DNA of 64,000 nucleotides from Oikopleura dioica (lineage: Eukaryota; Animalia; Chordata): assembly GCA_907165135.1 (NCBI GenBank), contig OU015566.1:5642001-5706000 (forward strand), given 5' to 3'. A program made the position numbers and the translations under genes. Below, piece after piece: positions 35,419 through 48,100 of this stretch (position 1 is its first letter; every line of letters begins with the position of its first letter). The notes under the pieces are model-generated. The model was given only the letters and a program-made list of their open reading frames with translations. It was not told the DNA's origin and did no database searches.

Positions 35419-38400
35419 ATGAGTAAAAAGCTTGCAAAGCAGCCATCTTTAAAAGTAAGCCAAATTTAACAATCTTTTTTTTAATTTTTTTCAAGAATAT
35501 TCTCAAAAAGAGGCAAGATAACGACAAAGAAGTAGAAGCTTCGATAAACTCAAAAGAGTCAGTCCAGTTCAATATCGCCACCGAGAGCGAGTCCGACTTC
35601 TCTAAATCAAGCAGCAAAGGAAAATGGCAAATCGGCGGGCGAACGGTCCAAGCGCTCTTCAACAAAAAGGACAAGGCGGATAAAGCAGCGGCGGGACTGC
35701 CAGATGGGCCGCCAGAAGTCAAGCGAATATTCTCGTTTCCGCTCAATGGCGATGCCGAGGCCGACGACATTCGAAATGTCTACACTGACTTCAGGTAAAA
35801 ATCGTTCTTTTGGCAATCAAAACATCAATTTTCTTTCTAGAGAAATCGTCCGATCAGACCAAGAAGACGACCGCGAGCTTTTCCGGCAATTTTTATCCGA
35901 AATCGTCCATTCAGTCAGCTTTAATCTAATAACCATGATCTCAATCGTTCTCAATTTTCTCTCGATTTACGTTGATGTCCTTCTTCAAGGTAAATCAACC
36001 AGTTTTTCTCTGAAAAAACCCTTTTCTCCAAGGCAACAACATAAAGGCAGGAATGGTGCTTATCCAGTTGGTCCAAAACGTCACTCTCGCCCTGTTTTTG
36101 ATGGAAATGCTGCTCAAGTACATTGTAATGCCGGAGACATTCTTCAAGTCGTCGCTAAACATCGTCGATTTGACAATGATTCTCGCGAGCTTCATTCTCA
36201 CAAACACGGAAATCATGAGCGGAGTCGGCCAAATCGTTTCGATTCTCCGTTCTATCAGATGTAAGACCCCCTTTTTTCAAATTTTTTTCTGAAAATTTAG
36301 TTCAGTAATCAGCTCGTTGAAAAAACTACGCAACCGGTGGCCAAGTCTTTGGATCGTTTACGAGACTTTGAAGCTGACTCTTGGCGAAATTGCGATGTTG
36401 CTGCTGCTGTTTTTCTTCCTTGCTATCATTTTCGTGAGTGGCTCAGAATTTTCTTTTATTCAAGGAGAGTAGCACAAAGGGAAGAATTTTTCTTTTGGTT
36501 GAAATTTTTTGACTTCTTGATTTGAAGACATTGCGCAGCACTCAATTTCTGGACAAAAAACAGCATCTTCAACCCAATGCTAGAATTTTTAGTTAGCACC
36601 CTCTTCTTTCATGTTTTTTTTACATTTCGAAGAGATTTGAATTCGATTTCCGAGACATTCATGTATTTTAAAATGTTCACATCTCCAACGCGCCAAGCTA
36701 GTGAATCCATCGAGGTCATCCGAACCGCGTTTCCATCGGGACAAGCTTTGTCCAATGTCAACATCATGAAATAGTTGTGTTCGAGGCTGGGGGTACACTC
36801 ATAATGGGCAAGCTTTTTTCAGTTTCAGATTTGAACAGTCAGCTATTTTGGGCTTTAGTTCTCTAATTCCATTGTCAATTTTTCCCACAATGACTATCTT
36901 AAAAATTGAATCTGTTAAATCAATCATCGAACCGATTCCTGGTCAGACTTCAGAAAAGTAATGCATTTTTTTCGACTATCGTAAGCCATACTCGGACTGG
37001 TTGCGTAATAACGTCTGGTATCATTGGCAAACTCATTATCGGTTTCTCTTGTTTCGTTCAATTCAAAACTGTCATCTGAAAACGTGATTGAGAAAGAGAT
37101 AGAGAAGTGTAAAACTTGCCGAAAATCCAAAAGTTCTTCTGCCCGCTAAAATGGGCCCCTTCTTCCTCGAATATTTTTCGAGCGATTGAAACATTCGCGA
37201 TTTCGGAGCCAGCTTCTACGCAGTACTTGATACATTCCTCGCGAGTTTTTACCGATTTACCTTCAAAATAGTTGTAATTGAAAGTTCTGTGAGTCAAAAA
37301 TACTTGTGAACCAGACAGTTCCGTTGGCTGTCTTGCATTTTCGCTGCGGGTAGTGACATTCAGGAAAGATAAAGTTCATCGTTGTCAATGTTGCCAAAAT
37401 AACAAAAACGAGAATTGCAATTCTGAAGCTCCATTTTTCCTTTGAACAGCGATTTTTGGCGTTTTCGTCGTCGTTTCCAGCACCCGTGGTCGAAAATCCA
37501 TCAACTTTTGTTTCAGAATAATTGCTGGAAATAGCTGTTTTTCTCGATTCAGGTCTCATCTTTGAGTTTTTGCCCTGACAGTTAGTGTCTACAAATTATA
37601 TTGAAGCAGAAATCCTTCAGCCATAAAAACGCGGCCTTATCATGACGATAAAACGAACTCGGTTATTTTCTTTTATTTTATTTCTGAGCCACAAAACGAG
37701 TAACTCTCGGCTGCGAGATGTTCGTCGAAAGCGAGTACGTCCAGGAACACTTCAAGACCTTCCAAGACGGCATTTGGACGGCGTTTGTGTTTTTGACGAT
37801 GGATGGGTGGCGAATGAACTTCCAGAGCGGCTTCGACTTCTACGACTACGGCAAAGACACGGAACTCGGCGATCGGGAGCTTATTTTTATCTTTTGGTAC
37901 TTTGTCAACATTCTGCTCATCATTCTCTTCAGTAAGTTTCATTCTCGGAATTCAGCTTTCCAACTTATTTAGGCATCATCATGAACTCAATGATCGTCGC
38001 CCGGGTCGTGACAAACTTGGACAACGCGATGCTTGAGCAAGACGCGATCCGAGACTCAGGTTTCCCTCCTTTTTCAAAGCCACCCTCTAACTCGTTTTCA
38101 GAAAAAGATGCAGACGATCAGGAAGAAAAGAAGCCCACTCAGGTGGAAGAAAACAACAACCAAATGGACGACGGGGACGAAGCATCGCTAATCTTTATGG
38201 CCAATCATCCAGCTTTCCAGAAACTCAAGCAGAAGCCGCTTTTCAAAACTGGTCTCGGAAACATGAATATTGACAGAGTCGAGGATGTGCTCATGATTAT
38301 CAACGCGCTGGAACGAAACTTGCGGTAAAAATTAAAATGTAGGGTCGGATTTGTAAGACAAATTAAGGGAATACACTCGGATCCGCGAGAAACTGTGCCG

Positions 38401-38611
38401 AATCATGGAAGAAATGCAGATTCTGAACGATCCGTTGACGACCAACAACGAAGCCCTGCGCGTTCTCGCCTGCACCGCCGCTGGTCAAGAGCTGCGCGAA
38501 TCTGCGAATCTGACTGGCCCGCTTTCCTACCGCCAAAGTCAAAGTATTCGCCAGAGCATGTCCAAGTCTATCATTGCCAGACAAACTTCTGTGATGCGCC
38601 ATCGAATGTAA
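35419..38611 (+). CDS. CatSper3/4-like sperm cation channel pore subunit
   Basis: S1-S6 hydrophobic segments; S4 ILRSIRLISSLK(K)LR; pore FLTMDGW (CatSper TxDxW type); S6 tail VVTNLDNAM; C-terminal coiled coil ALERNLREY. Needs a one-base correction in the A-run at 36320-36324. Confidence 0.8.
36460..37559 (-). CDS. Type II membrane C-type-lectin-like protein, nested antisense in a CatSper intron
   Basis: Cytoplasmic N-terminus, TM (FRIAILVFVILATLTTMNFIF), then Cys pattern CHYPQRKC...ECIKYC...CC...FFPLC. GC-AG intron (GCAAGT donor). It lies between the S5 and pore exons of the host. Confidence 0.65.
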
Positions 38612-38783
38612 ACTTTTTTTTTGCCCGATTTTACTTTTTAAAAATAAACTTTTTGACGTTCCTTGAATTCAGAATTCCATGCTTCAAATCATTCATTTCT
38701 TCAGCAATCCCTTCAGCTGAAAAACGCGTCCCTATCATTTTGATAAAAACATCTGTTATACATCTGTATTTTATTATATTTTT

Positions 38784-38884
38784 CTGAGCCTTACAACATA
38801 TCACTCTGGACTGTGAGATGTTCGTCGAATACGAGTACGTCCAGGAGCATTTCAAAACCTTCCAAGATGGCACTTGGACGGCGT
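38784..38884 (+). pseudogene. Duplicated fragment of the CatSper pore exon
   Basis: GAGATGTTCGTCGAATACGAGTACGTCCAGGAGCATTTCAAAACCTTCCAAGATGGCACTTGGACGGCGTT matches ~37715-37785 and breaks off before TMDGW. Confidence 0.8.
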
Positions 38885-39107
38885 TAATTCCAATCGGCCG
38901 TATATTGCTTATAGAGTGTAGTGTTTATGCAGATTAGAGCTTCCCAAATTCACCCCAGGCAGATTCTTGATATCGCGGCAGCTGGAAGTGGCCAACGAGT
39001 GATATGCTTCATTATCAGTCGTTCCTTTTTCCCAAGACTCAGAACTCCGAATATCCGCTAATTAAAAAATGCATTTTCACTAAAAAGCATCGGCTTCTAT
39101 TTATCCG

Positions 39108-42100
39108 ATGAAGAGCTCGATTTTAGCGCTCGTTTTCAGCCTAGCAAGTGGGCAAGTTACGAGAGTTTATCCAGAAGAATCAAATGAGAGAAAAATCACA
39201 GTAGAGATCGGGAAGAATCACAAAAACGATGTCGTTTTTGAAAATATCTACAAGACGAAATGGTTCTGTACTTCTATCAGTGAGTCTTCTTGCCAGGTTG
39301 ATCTATCCGACGCACCTGTCGGTCCATACTCAGTTTACAGCGAATCCAATCCTGTAAAAGAGAAGCCGACTTTTTATCTCCGTCAAGGCAGGCTCGCTCG
39401 ATCTTTTGGGCCAGCAGACTCATTTTGTAGTGGGAAGAGTGTGATTACAGATATCACTCCTACTTTCGGCTCCCTAAACGGAGGGCAAAAATTGACGATT
39501 TCAGGTTGCAATTTGCCAGCGAAAAAGAACGTTGGTGCAATTTTCGGTCAGCGTTCTGTGGAGATCCGACTTTGGAGAGAAAATGCGTACGTTCTATGCG
39601 ATATTGTTGAGTTTCTTTCCTCCGAAACGACAATGATTTGCATCACACCAAAATTTGAAGCTGAGGGTCGATACAGAGTCGAATTCATCGACAACGCAGA
39701 GCAGATAAAAATGGTTACTTCTAACAAAATCTACGTTTCACAGCAGTATGCTCCCTTCATAAATGATGTCAAATCACGTGGGCGGTCAACGAGGTTCATC
39801 GGCAGCAGCGATAGAGTGTCGCTTGAAGGGGATTTTCTCGCCTCAGGAACTTGAGATAAATTTTTATAAACAAGATAGGAGGAACCTCAAAGCTAAATAG
39901 ATGTCAATAATTATCTTGAAAAGGCATTGAACCAAGCGAAACTCATGAAAACATCGACGATGAGCAAAATCATTCTCTTCTACTGCCTGAAATCGAGCTT
40001 GTTCACATGCAGACGAACAAGTCTTTTTACTCTCAAATCAACGTCACTGAAGGACAAATCGAATTTTTCGCCGATGAAATCCCCCTCGGCGATTTTCAAA
40101 TTTATCTTCGATCGCTTACTTATGGAAAAAGCTCGATTGCTGCTGGCCCGATGAAAAACGTCGATCTCGTGGTTTTTCCAGTTATTCACGATGTCCAGAA
40201 AGACAAAGACAACAACCTTTATCTCTTTGGAAGCGGTTTTGATGAAAATTGCGAAGTAATGGTTTTCAACTGGCCATGTATCCGCGACTTCTCGTACGAA
40301 GCTAACAGCTTCACCGAATTGAGATGCAATGTTCAACAACCAAGAGGCCTCTTTGAGATTCCACATTTTCCCTCTGACTTAGGAATGGAAATACAGCTTT
40401 TTGACTTTCAAGAGTTTTCTCAATTCCCAAGCTGGTCGAATATCCTCAGTTTCGCTCAACAAGAACGACTTATACGTGAAGATCACCTTTCGTCAATGAT
40501 TTTCAGTTGGGATGAACGTGTAGCCTTAGTTCGAACGCACGGCTATTTCAACCCCTCGTCTCAAAAGGCTCGTTCAAAATAGAAACAGCTGGTCTTGTTT
40601 TGGTTCGATTGAGCCAATGTGATCCTGAATCTGGCTTTTGCGCTTCTCCAGTCATCATTTTTGATGGACACTCCTCGGGCGAAGTCTTTACTGATGTTCA
40701 CAAATTCAAAAAGACGAGCAACTACTACCTCGAAATTTTCGTCCTCCGACGATCAATCAATGGGTTCACGAGTCATTTATACGTGAGCATGATCAACAAT
40801 GACGAGAACGAAGAAAATTTATACGACGAATCGTCTTTGACAGAAAAGATCGAGATGAAGTTCCAAAGAAGTGGAATCTTTGAAACTGTCTACTTGATAA
40901 AATTCAAAGTTGATCAACCAAGTGATTTTGAATTTCAATTCAAGTACGGAGATCGTGAAACAGCGCCCTTTCTTCTCAAAGGAAACACGAACACCATCCA
41001 GAAAGAGCTTCACATGTTGAGTGAAACGGAATGCAAGTCGTTAGGGAATATGCAAGTCATATTCCATGAAGAATTTGAATCATCGAAGAACAATGAAGTC
41101 ACTGGGAATATTGATCCTTTCTGCGGACTCTATGCGCTGGAAACAAAATCGGCATATCTCCAAAAGCTTCATTCTTCAAGAGTCCGGTCGAATACAAAAT
41201 TATGCTTTGCGTTCAAAGGTTCTTTGGAGAATTATGTAACACTCAATATCGAAGCTAAAAAAGGAAAATCAAGGAAAATTTATCAGATAGAAATGGACTT
41301 GGACAATGTCGACCCGACCATGGTTCATGAAAATTGGCGATATCAGTGCCAAGAGATCTACAATCCAGTGATAGAATACATTCGAGAAGAGCAAGATTCG
41401 ATTTTCATCAACAACGTCGTTTTTCATCCAACTGAAAAGACGTCCATGATGCTGGATGATATTTACCTCGGAGAAAACATTGGTTTCTTCACCAGAGTCC
41501 AAGAAAACATCGGCGCTAGACCGGGCGATGAATTCATTGTTCACTACGGAGTCACGTGGAAGAATGCGAATCTTGGTTTTGATGCTCAACTTCAGATAAC
41601 CATCCAATCCGAAAACTGTCTAGAAAATATTCCACCACCCGAAATTGTTGGCAAAGAGACGGGAGCTTTTCCAGCCATTAGCTTTTCCAGCCGTTAGCTT
41701 TTCCAGCCATTAGCTTTTCCAGCCTTGCTGGAAATTCTCATTTGCTGGAAAAGCTAATATACTGGAAAAGCTTCTTTCAGATTGATATTTTTCTAATGAA
41801 AATATAAGTTGATAAAATAAGTACTATTTTTATTAAAAAGTGTAATTACTTAGACGTGCTATTTTTAAGGTTAACGAAGTTTTCCAGCCCACTTCCGCCT
41901 TATAGACCCGCGAACACCATATATTTTTAGAATCAGCAGAAAATTTTTAGAACTTCGACGGTTTAAAATTCTAGAAAACTCCACTTCCGGTCGATTCTAG
42001 AGCTGGAAATTGACGTAATTAAGGTGTCATGGTGAAGTTTGACCTATCAAATTGCTGATCTGACGATTTCCTATCATTTTAGAAAAGAATAAAGACCAAC

Positions 42101-45100
42101 CGCGGTCAAACCAACCGAAAAAAACTGAAAAAAAAATTCATCAGTTTACGCCTTTTTTTACATAATTTTGCCGGTCGGTTTGACCACGTTTGGGACTGTT
42201 TCTTCTGATACATTGATTATAGGTCCTATATTCAATAAAGGATGACTCAAAATCTTCCGAGCATCAATTTGATAGGTCATACTCTACCATCACACCTAAA
42301 TTTCGTCAATTTCCGGCTCTAGAATCGACCGGAAGTGGAGTTTTCTAGAATTTTAAACCGTCAAAGTTCTTAAAATTGTCTGCTGATTCTAAAAAGGTAT
42401 GGACCATACCGTATGGTGTTCGGGGGTCTATAAGGCGGAAGTGGGCTGGAAAACTTGGTGAACCTTAAAAAAAGCACGTCTTAGTGAAATATAATTAATA
42501 AGGATTCATTATTTATTAATAATCGTCGATTAGTATAAAATTTATCGAGAGATCGTTTTCAAAGGAGGTCGGAATTTTTGGTACTCCTTGATCCGATTTT
42601 GGTACTGCGAGCATGGCTGTTGATTTCGGAGCGTTCGCGTTTCTCAGAAAACGATCTCTCGATAATTCTTATATAAATTGACGATTATTAATTAATTATG
42701 ATACTTCAGAAAGTAAATACACTTTTTAATAAAAATAGTACTTATTTTATCGAACTATATTTTCATTAGAAAAATATCAATTTGAAAGAAGCTTTTCCAG
42801 CCATTAGCTTTTCCAGCCGTTAGCTTTTCCAGCCTTGCTGGAAATTCTAATATGCTGGAAAAGCTAACGGCTGGAAAAGCTAATGGCTGGAAAAGCTCCC
42901 GTCTCGTTGGCAAATATTCCTTTACTCAGATCGACGAGCCATTCATCCATCAATACAGTAAGAAAGGAGTTCTGGTTCAAATTGAACGCCAGCAATCTCA
43001 ATACATCAGTAGTTCTGAAGTTGTTACTGTTCAATCTGGTGATGTCTCTGCCGATCTTGATCTTTCGATCAATGATTTTGATCTCGCCACCGAGCTAGAA
43101 ACAAAATTCGGCATCGTCGCGAAGGTCCTCTCTACTGGCAAATGCTACGACAAGGAAAGACACATTTCGTTGGAATCCATTGACGCAAGGGATTTGGAAG
43201 ATGTCATCGTAGATCGAGCCAATTCGGTATTTGATGAAATCGATGTTTCCGTTGTCCGACATGGCGGGCGACTAATTGGCCTTTTGAGCGCCAAAAACAT
43301 GCAAGTGGCAGCAGCCCATAAAGCCGTGTTCTTGAAATGTCCGGAAGGTGTTTACTCAGAATGCCGAGCGGACAATTTATGCGACTTTAGCTCGCTGAAA
43401 ACTATCGAGCAAGAAATAATTGAAATTGAAGGGTCCGCAGAAGGTTCAGGAATCGAAACCCCAACACGGACGTTCGTCAATCCAAGCTATCAAGAAGAAA
43501 ATGAAATCAAGGAAGATAATTTCTTCTCGGATACTTTTGAGGTCGATCTTGGGTCGTCGTTTATGCGAAGAAATGACAACTGTAAAATTCAATCAATCTA
43601 TCCGCGAAGATTTTCTCTGCTTGGAAATGTTCGATTGACGATTTTCACGAAAAACTGCGATCCCTTGAATAAGAGCGATTCAATTTTGATTGCGAATCGT
43701 AATTGCAAGATAATAAGCTCATCGAATGATCAAATCGAATGTTTCTTGAAAGAGACTCAGCCAGTTGTTCATGTTTCTCTGCGATCACTTGAATCTGGCT
43801 GGTTACCAGAGATCATCAAGATTCAGACGGGAGCCAAGATCAGCTGGAGTTGGAAGGAAATGGAGTTGCCAAACGGCCACGATGCTCAAATCCGAGTTCA
43901 ACAGACAATGACTCGCGGACGAGTTGAATACAATCGCCTCGGCTTCATTTCCGATTCTGGAGCCTTTTCTTTTGAGAGGGAATTTCTTCAACCCGGTCAC
44001 TATTTTTACTCTTCTGGATGGATTGATGCTGACCAAACTCTTGCATTTACTGGAGAAATCGTTGTTGTCGACAAATTCGACGCAAGTTTTATTTTGAACA
44101 TCAATGACGAAGAAGTGAAGGCTAATTTTAAGGATTCTTTTCAGCAAGTGACCGCTTTAGATGTCACAACAGAAAGCGACGAGGAAAGCTTCGTCGATGG
44201 AAGTCGTCTTTTCATCCATTTCAATGAACTCCCAGACAACCCTGGTAAAATAACGGTCGAACTCTATAATCAAAAATGCGAGAATGCAAAAGTCATCAAC
44301 TCCACAACAATAACATGTGATTTCAACTTGCGGGGAGGTCATTCAACCGACTGCAACTTGAAAGTTGAGCTATCAAACTTTGGCGACGTTTTTTACTCGG
44401 AAAATGCCAACAATTGTCCGAAGATAGTTCCAGTCGTTTACAACCCGATTGGCAACTATGGAGTCGGGAAAAACGGCGGCGCTGAGATTTCAATAAATGG
44501 CGACTTTAGAAACTTCTTGGTCGCGGACATTTCTGTCATTGCCGGAAGTACTGAGCTAAAAGTGACAGATTTTTCGAATGGAGAAATAAAACTCCTCGTT
44601 CCAGAATTAGACGAAGGATCTTACAATTTGAACATCTACTACCGAAATCATTGGTTCAAGACGTTTACGATGGTTGCTTCAGAAATCTTCACTTCGACAA
44701 TTGTTCAGACCGAGGTTCAAACATCGTCTCAGTCAAACAGCATCACGATGACAGGGTTTTTCGTTGGTGAAATTGAGTCAATCACGATCGACGACCAGAT
44801 CTGTAACATAAAGTTCTCTTCTTCGAGTCAAATTCGATGCAAGGTTTCAAATGTCCGAGCTGGTACCTACATTCCAAAAGTTCTCATGAGTCTTGGTTAC
44901 GCGTCAACTGATGGCAAACTTGGACAAGTAGCTGCGACAATTCTTGGAGATGTCAGATCCATTTATCCTGACCAAGGATCTTTCGGCGGAGGAAACTGGA
45001 TCAATGTTTATGGCAGCGGATTTTCTGAACAAATGTCTGTAATGGTCATTCCCGACGAAGAAAAGGCAGGAGATCTTTGCGGTGGCGAGTGTGAGATCAA

Positions 45101-48100
45101 GTTCATCCATCACGAGCTCCTCAAACTCAAAATCCCGCAACTGAGAGGAATCAAAGGCAAAGACCAGGTCCCAAGCTCAATTTTCCTCATTTCGACGCAT
45201 CAAGAAAAACCAGTTCCATTTAATCGTGCTTTGTATTCGTACAAAAATGAGCTTACCGCCCGTGCTGAAGCGCTCAAGCACCCGGAATTTCCTGACCGTT
45301 TCGTTTTGGAAGTCAGCGGATTGAACATGCTCGATGAAATAACGATTCTTGGCGAGGCCTTTGACCCGATTTGCGGCAACCAACAAGTGAATGTTGAAGG
45401 CGGAAACTCAACTTGTGTTATCTTTTCTTGTTCGGAAACCTTTATCAGCTGTCGTCTCCCGCCGAGATCGCCTGGCGCCAAACGTCTTGATGTTGAACAC
45501 TTATCAAACGGCTTCGCTAAATCAAGCAGTCTTCAAGTCATTTACAGTCTTCATATCAAGAGTGTTCATCCTCTTTCTGCAGGGACAAATGGAGGAAACG
45601 TTATAACAATCAGAGGAGCTGGCTTTGGAGAAGACGAACCGGCAGTTGAAGTCGCTATTTGTGGCCAACTATGCGAAATAATGACATTCAGTGTTAGCTT
45701 GGACCAGGAGATCACCTGCAAATTGCCATTCTACGATTTTTCTCTCAAACAATGTCTCGTAAATGTTCAATCAATCGAAGATCCGTCAATAAGCTTGAGC
45801 TACGATGAGTACTTTGTCTTTGATGAAAAACGAACTTTGAATGTAATCAAGCAAAGCGATTTCTACGGGCCGAGTTCTGGAGGGTACGAATACGCCGTTA
45901 CTCTTGACAAAATCAACGACCATGAGAGTGAGGGTCGAGATTTTGGTATTTTTTTATGGAATAGGTTTTTTCACGATTTGAAAAATATGAAGAATTTGAT
46001 AAAATTCAATGAGATGCATTTTGACCTGCGAAAACTTGTAAACGACTATTTTTAGTGTTTTTTTTTTATTTTTTTTTTGTTTAATGAAAGAGAGAAGAGC
46101 ATTTGGGTCAAGAACGCCGCTAATAATAAGTCCAGGAAAGGGTTTGATTAACTTCACACTGTTGATCACCCGGAATGGTTATTTCGATTCGGCAGGAGTA
46201 GTATGCCTCTTCATAGCAGTTAACATCATCCCATTTGAGGGATATGAATCTCACAACGCAGTCTTCGGGGCTAGACAAAAAATGATTGTTGGGCTGTCCA
46301 GAACGCCAACCGAAAACGGATATTTCAGTGTTGGCAGTGCTGAACCATTTGTTATCACTTCCGCGAACGATTCCGAGCCACTCGTGTCGTTCTGGTTTGA
46401 ACTGCTGGTTGTATGCTTCTAGCTCATCATTGCTATTGAAAAATGGTAGATGGCCTCCGATCGCGTTGCAGTTGGCCTTAGCCGTTTCAAAATCCACTTG
46501 AGTATCGCCCATGTTTACGAATCCGACGCAAATTTTCTAAATCGTCATTTACTGGTATTTTGAATTAAGCCTTACTGGTGGTTGCTCATTTTGCGGCTCG
46601 GTTGCTTCTTCAGTAGGTGGCTCAGTCGGTGGCTCAGTCGGTGGCTCAGTTGTTGGTTCAGTTGACGGTTCGTTGGGTGGCGACGGCAAAAAGTATTGAC
46701 AGTTTTCATCAACCTTGACTACAGTATCGATTCGGCAGGAATAGTATTTCTTAAGTTCACATCTTTGAGCATTCCAATGATTCTCGTCCTCGAGGCTAAT
46801 CTCTACACAAGCTTCGGAATCTTTACCTCGCGTAAAAAGTAAATCTTGAAAATAGAGCTGTCCACCTAGGGTAGTGATCAGTCTGTCATTTAAACGATGG
46901 ACTCCTAGCCATTCATTTCGATAAGATTTAAGTGCTTCATAGTCTTCGAGCTCATCTTTGTTGTGAAAGAAGGGGAGATGCCCTCCAATTTCGTTGCAAC
47001 TATCTTCTGCAGCGTCGAAATTCAGCATTGACTCGCCCATGTTTCGGAACTCAGTGCACAGTTTCATTTCAACTTGACATTGTTGATCACCGGGAATGGT
47101 TTTTTCGATTCGGCAGGAGTAGTACAGCAGCCCACGGCAGCCTAAATCATACCATTTAAGCGTAGTGGAGCTCTCAGCGCAGTCTTGGGCGCCGGTCAAA
47201 TTGTCGGGCTGGCCATCGGTACGAGCCCACGCAAAAACGGATATTTCAGTGTTGGCAGTGCTGAACCATTTGTTATCACTTCCGCGAACGATTCCGAGCC
47301 ACTCTCTTCGATCTGGTTTGAACGCGTTGTACGCTGCTAGCTCATCAGCGTTATTGAAAAATGGCAAATGCCCTCCGATCGCGTTGCAATTAACCTTTGC
47401 CGTTTCAAAATTGACTTTAGTATCGCCCATGTTGACAAATCCAATACAAGTTTTCTAAAATGTCATTAACTGGTATTTTGAACTTTAGGCTTACTGGTGG
47501 TGGCTCAGTTTGCGGCTCGGTTGGTGCTTCTGTTGGTGGCTCAGTCGGTGGCTCAGTCGGTGGCTCAGTTGTTGGCACAGTTGTTGGCTCAATTGTTGGT
47601 TCGGTGGCTGGTTCTGTTGGTGATTTCTTCGGCGCTTGGTTGTATTTCAGCTGCTTAAATTTTACATCGAAAAGAACTTTTCTCTGACGCTGAATAAGTT
47701 TCTTCATTCTAAGGGCTTTCGTGGGGCTACCATCGTTGCAGACGAAGGCGTGGTGAAAGCTTTTTACAGACGCGTAAAAATTGTTGAGGGATAAGAGAAG
47801 ATCCTGGCTATCGTAATTTGGGTCGATGAAATCGTTTTGGTCACCGGAGCCGGCAAAATCGGTGCATGACTCGTCAACAAGTCCGACTAAATCATCGACT
47901 TTGAGGTAGAAGTCACGCAGTCGGTTAGCCTTCTTTTGTGGGGGGATGTTGGTGTCAGCATAGGCGGACAAGACATCATTGTAGAGATGATTGTAAGCGG
48001 CGGCGACTTTGCTCCAAGAGTTTTGCGCGGCGGACTCGGCAGAAGCAATTGCCAAGATGACCAACGCGAGAAGCTAAATTGAAACATTTATAGCTTCTAT

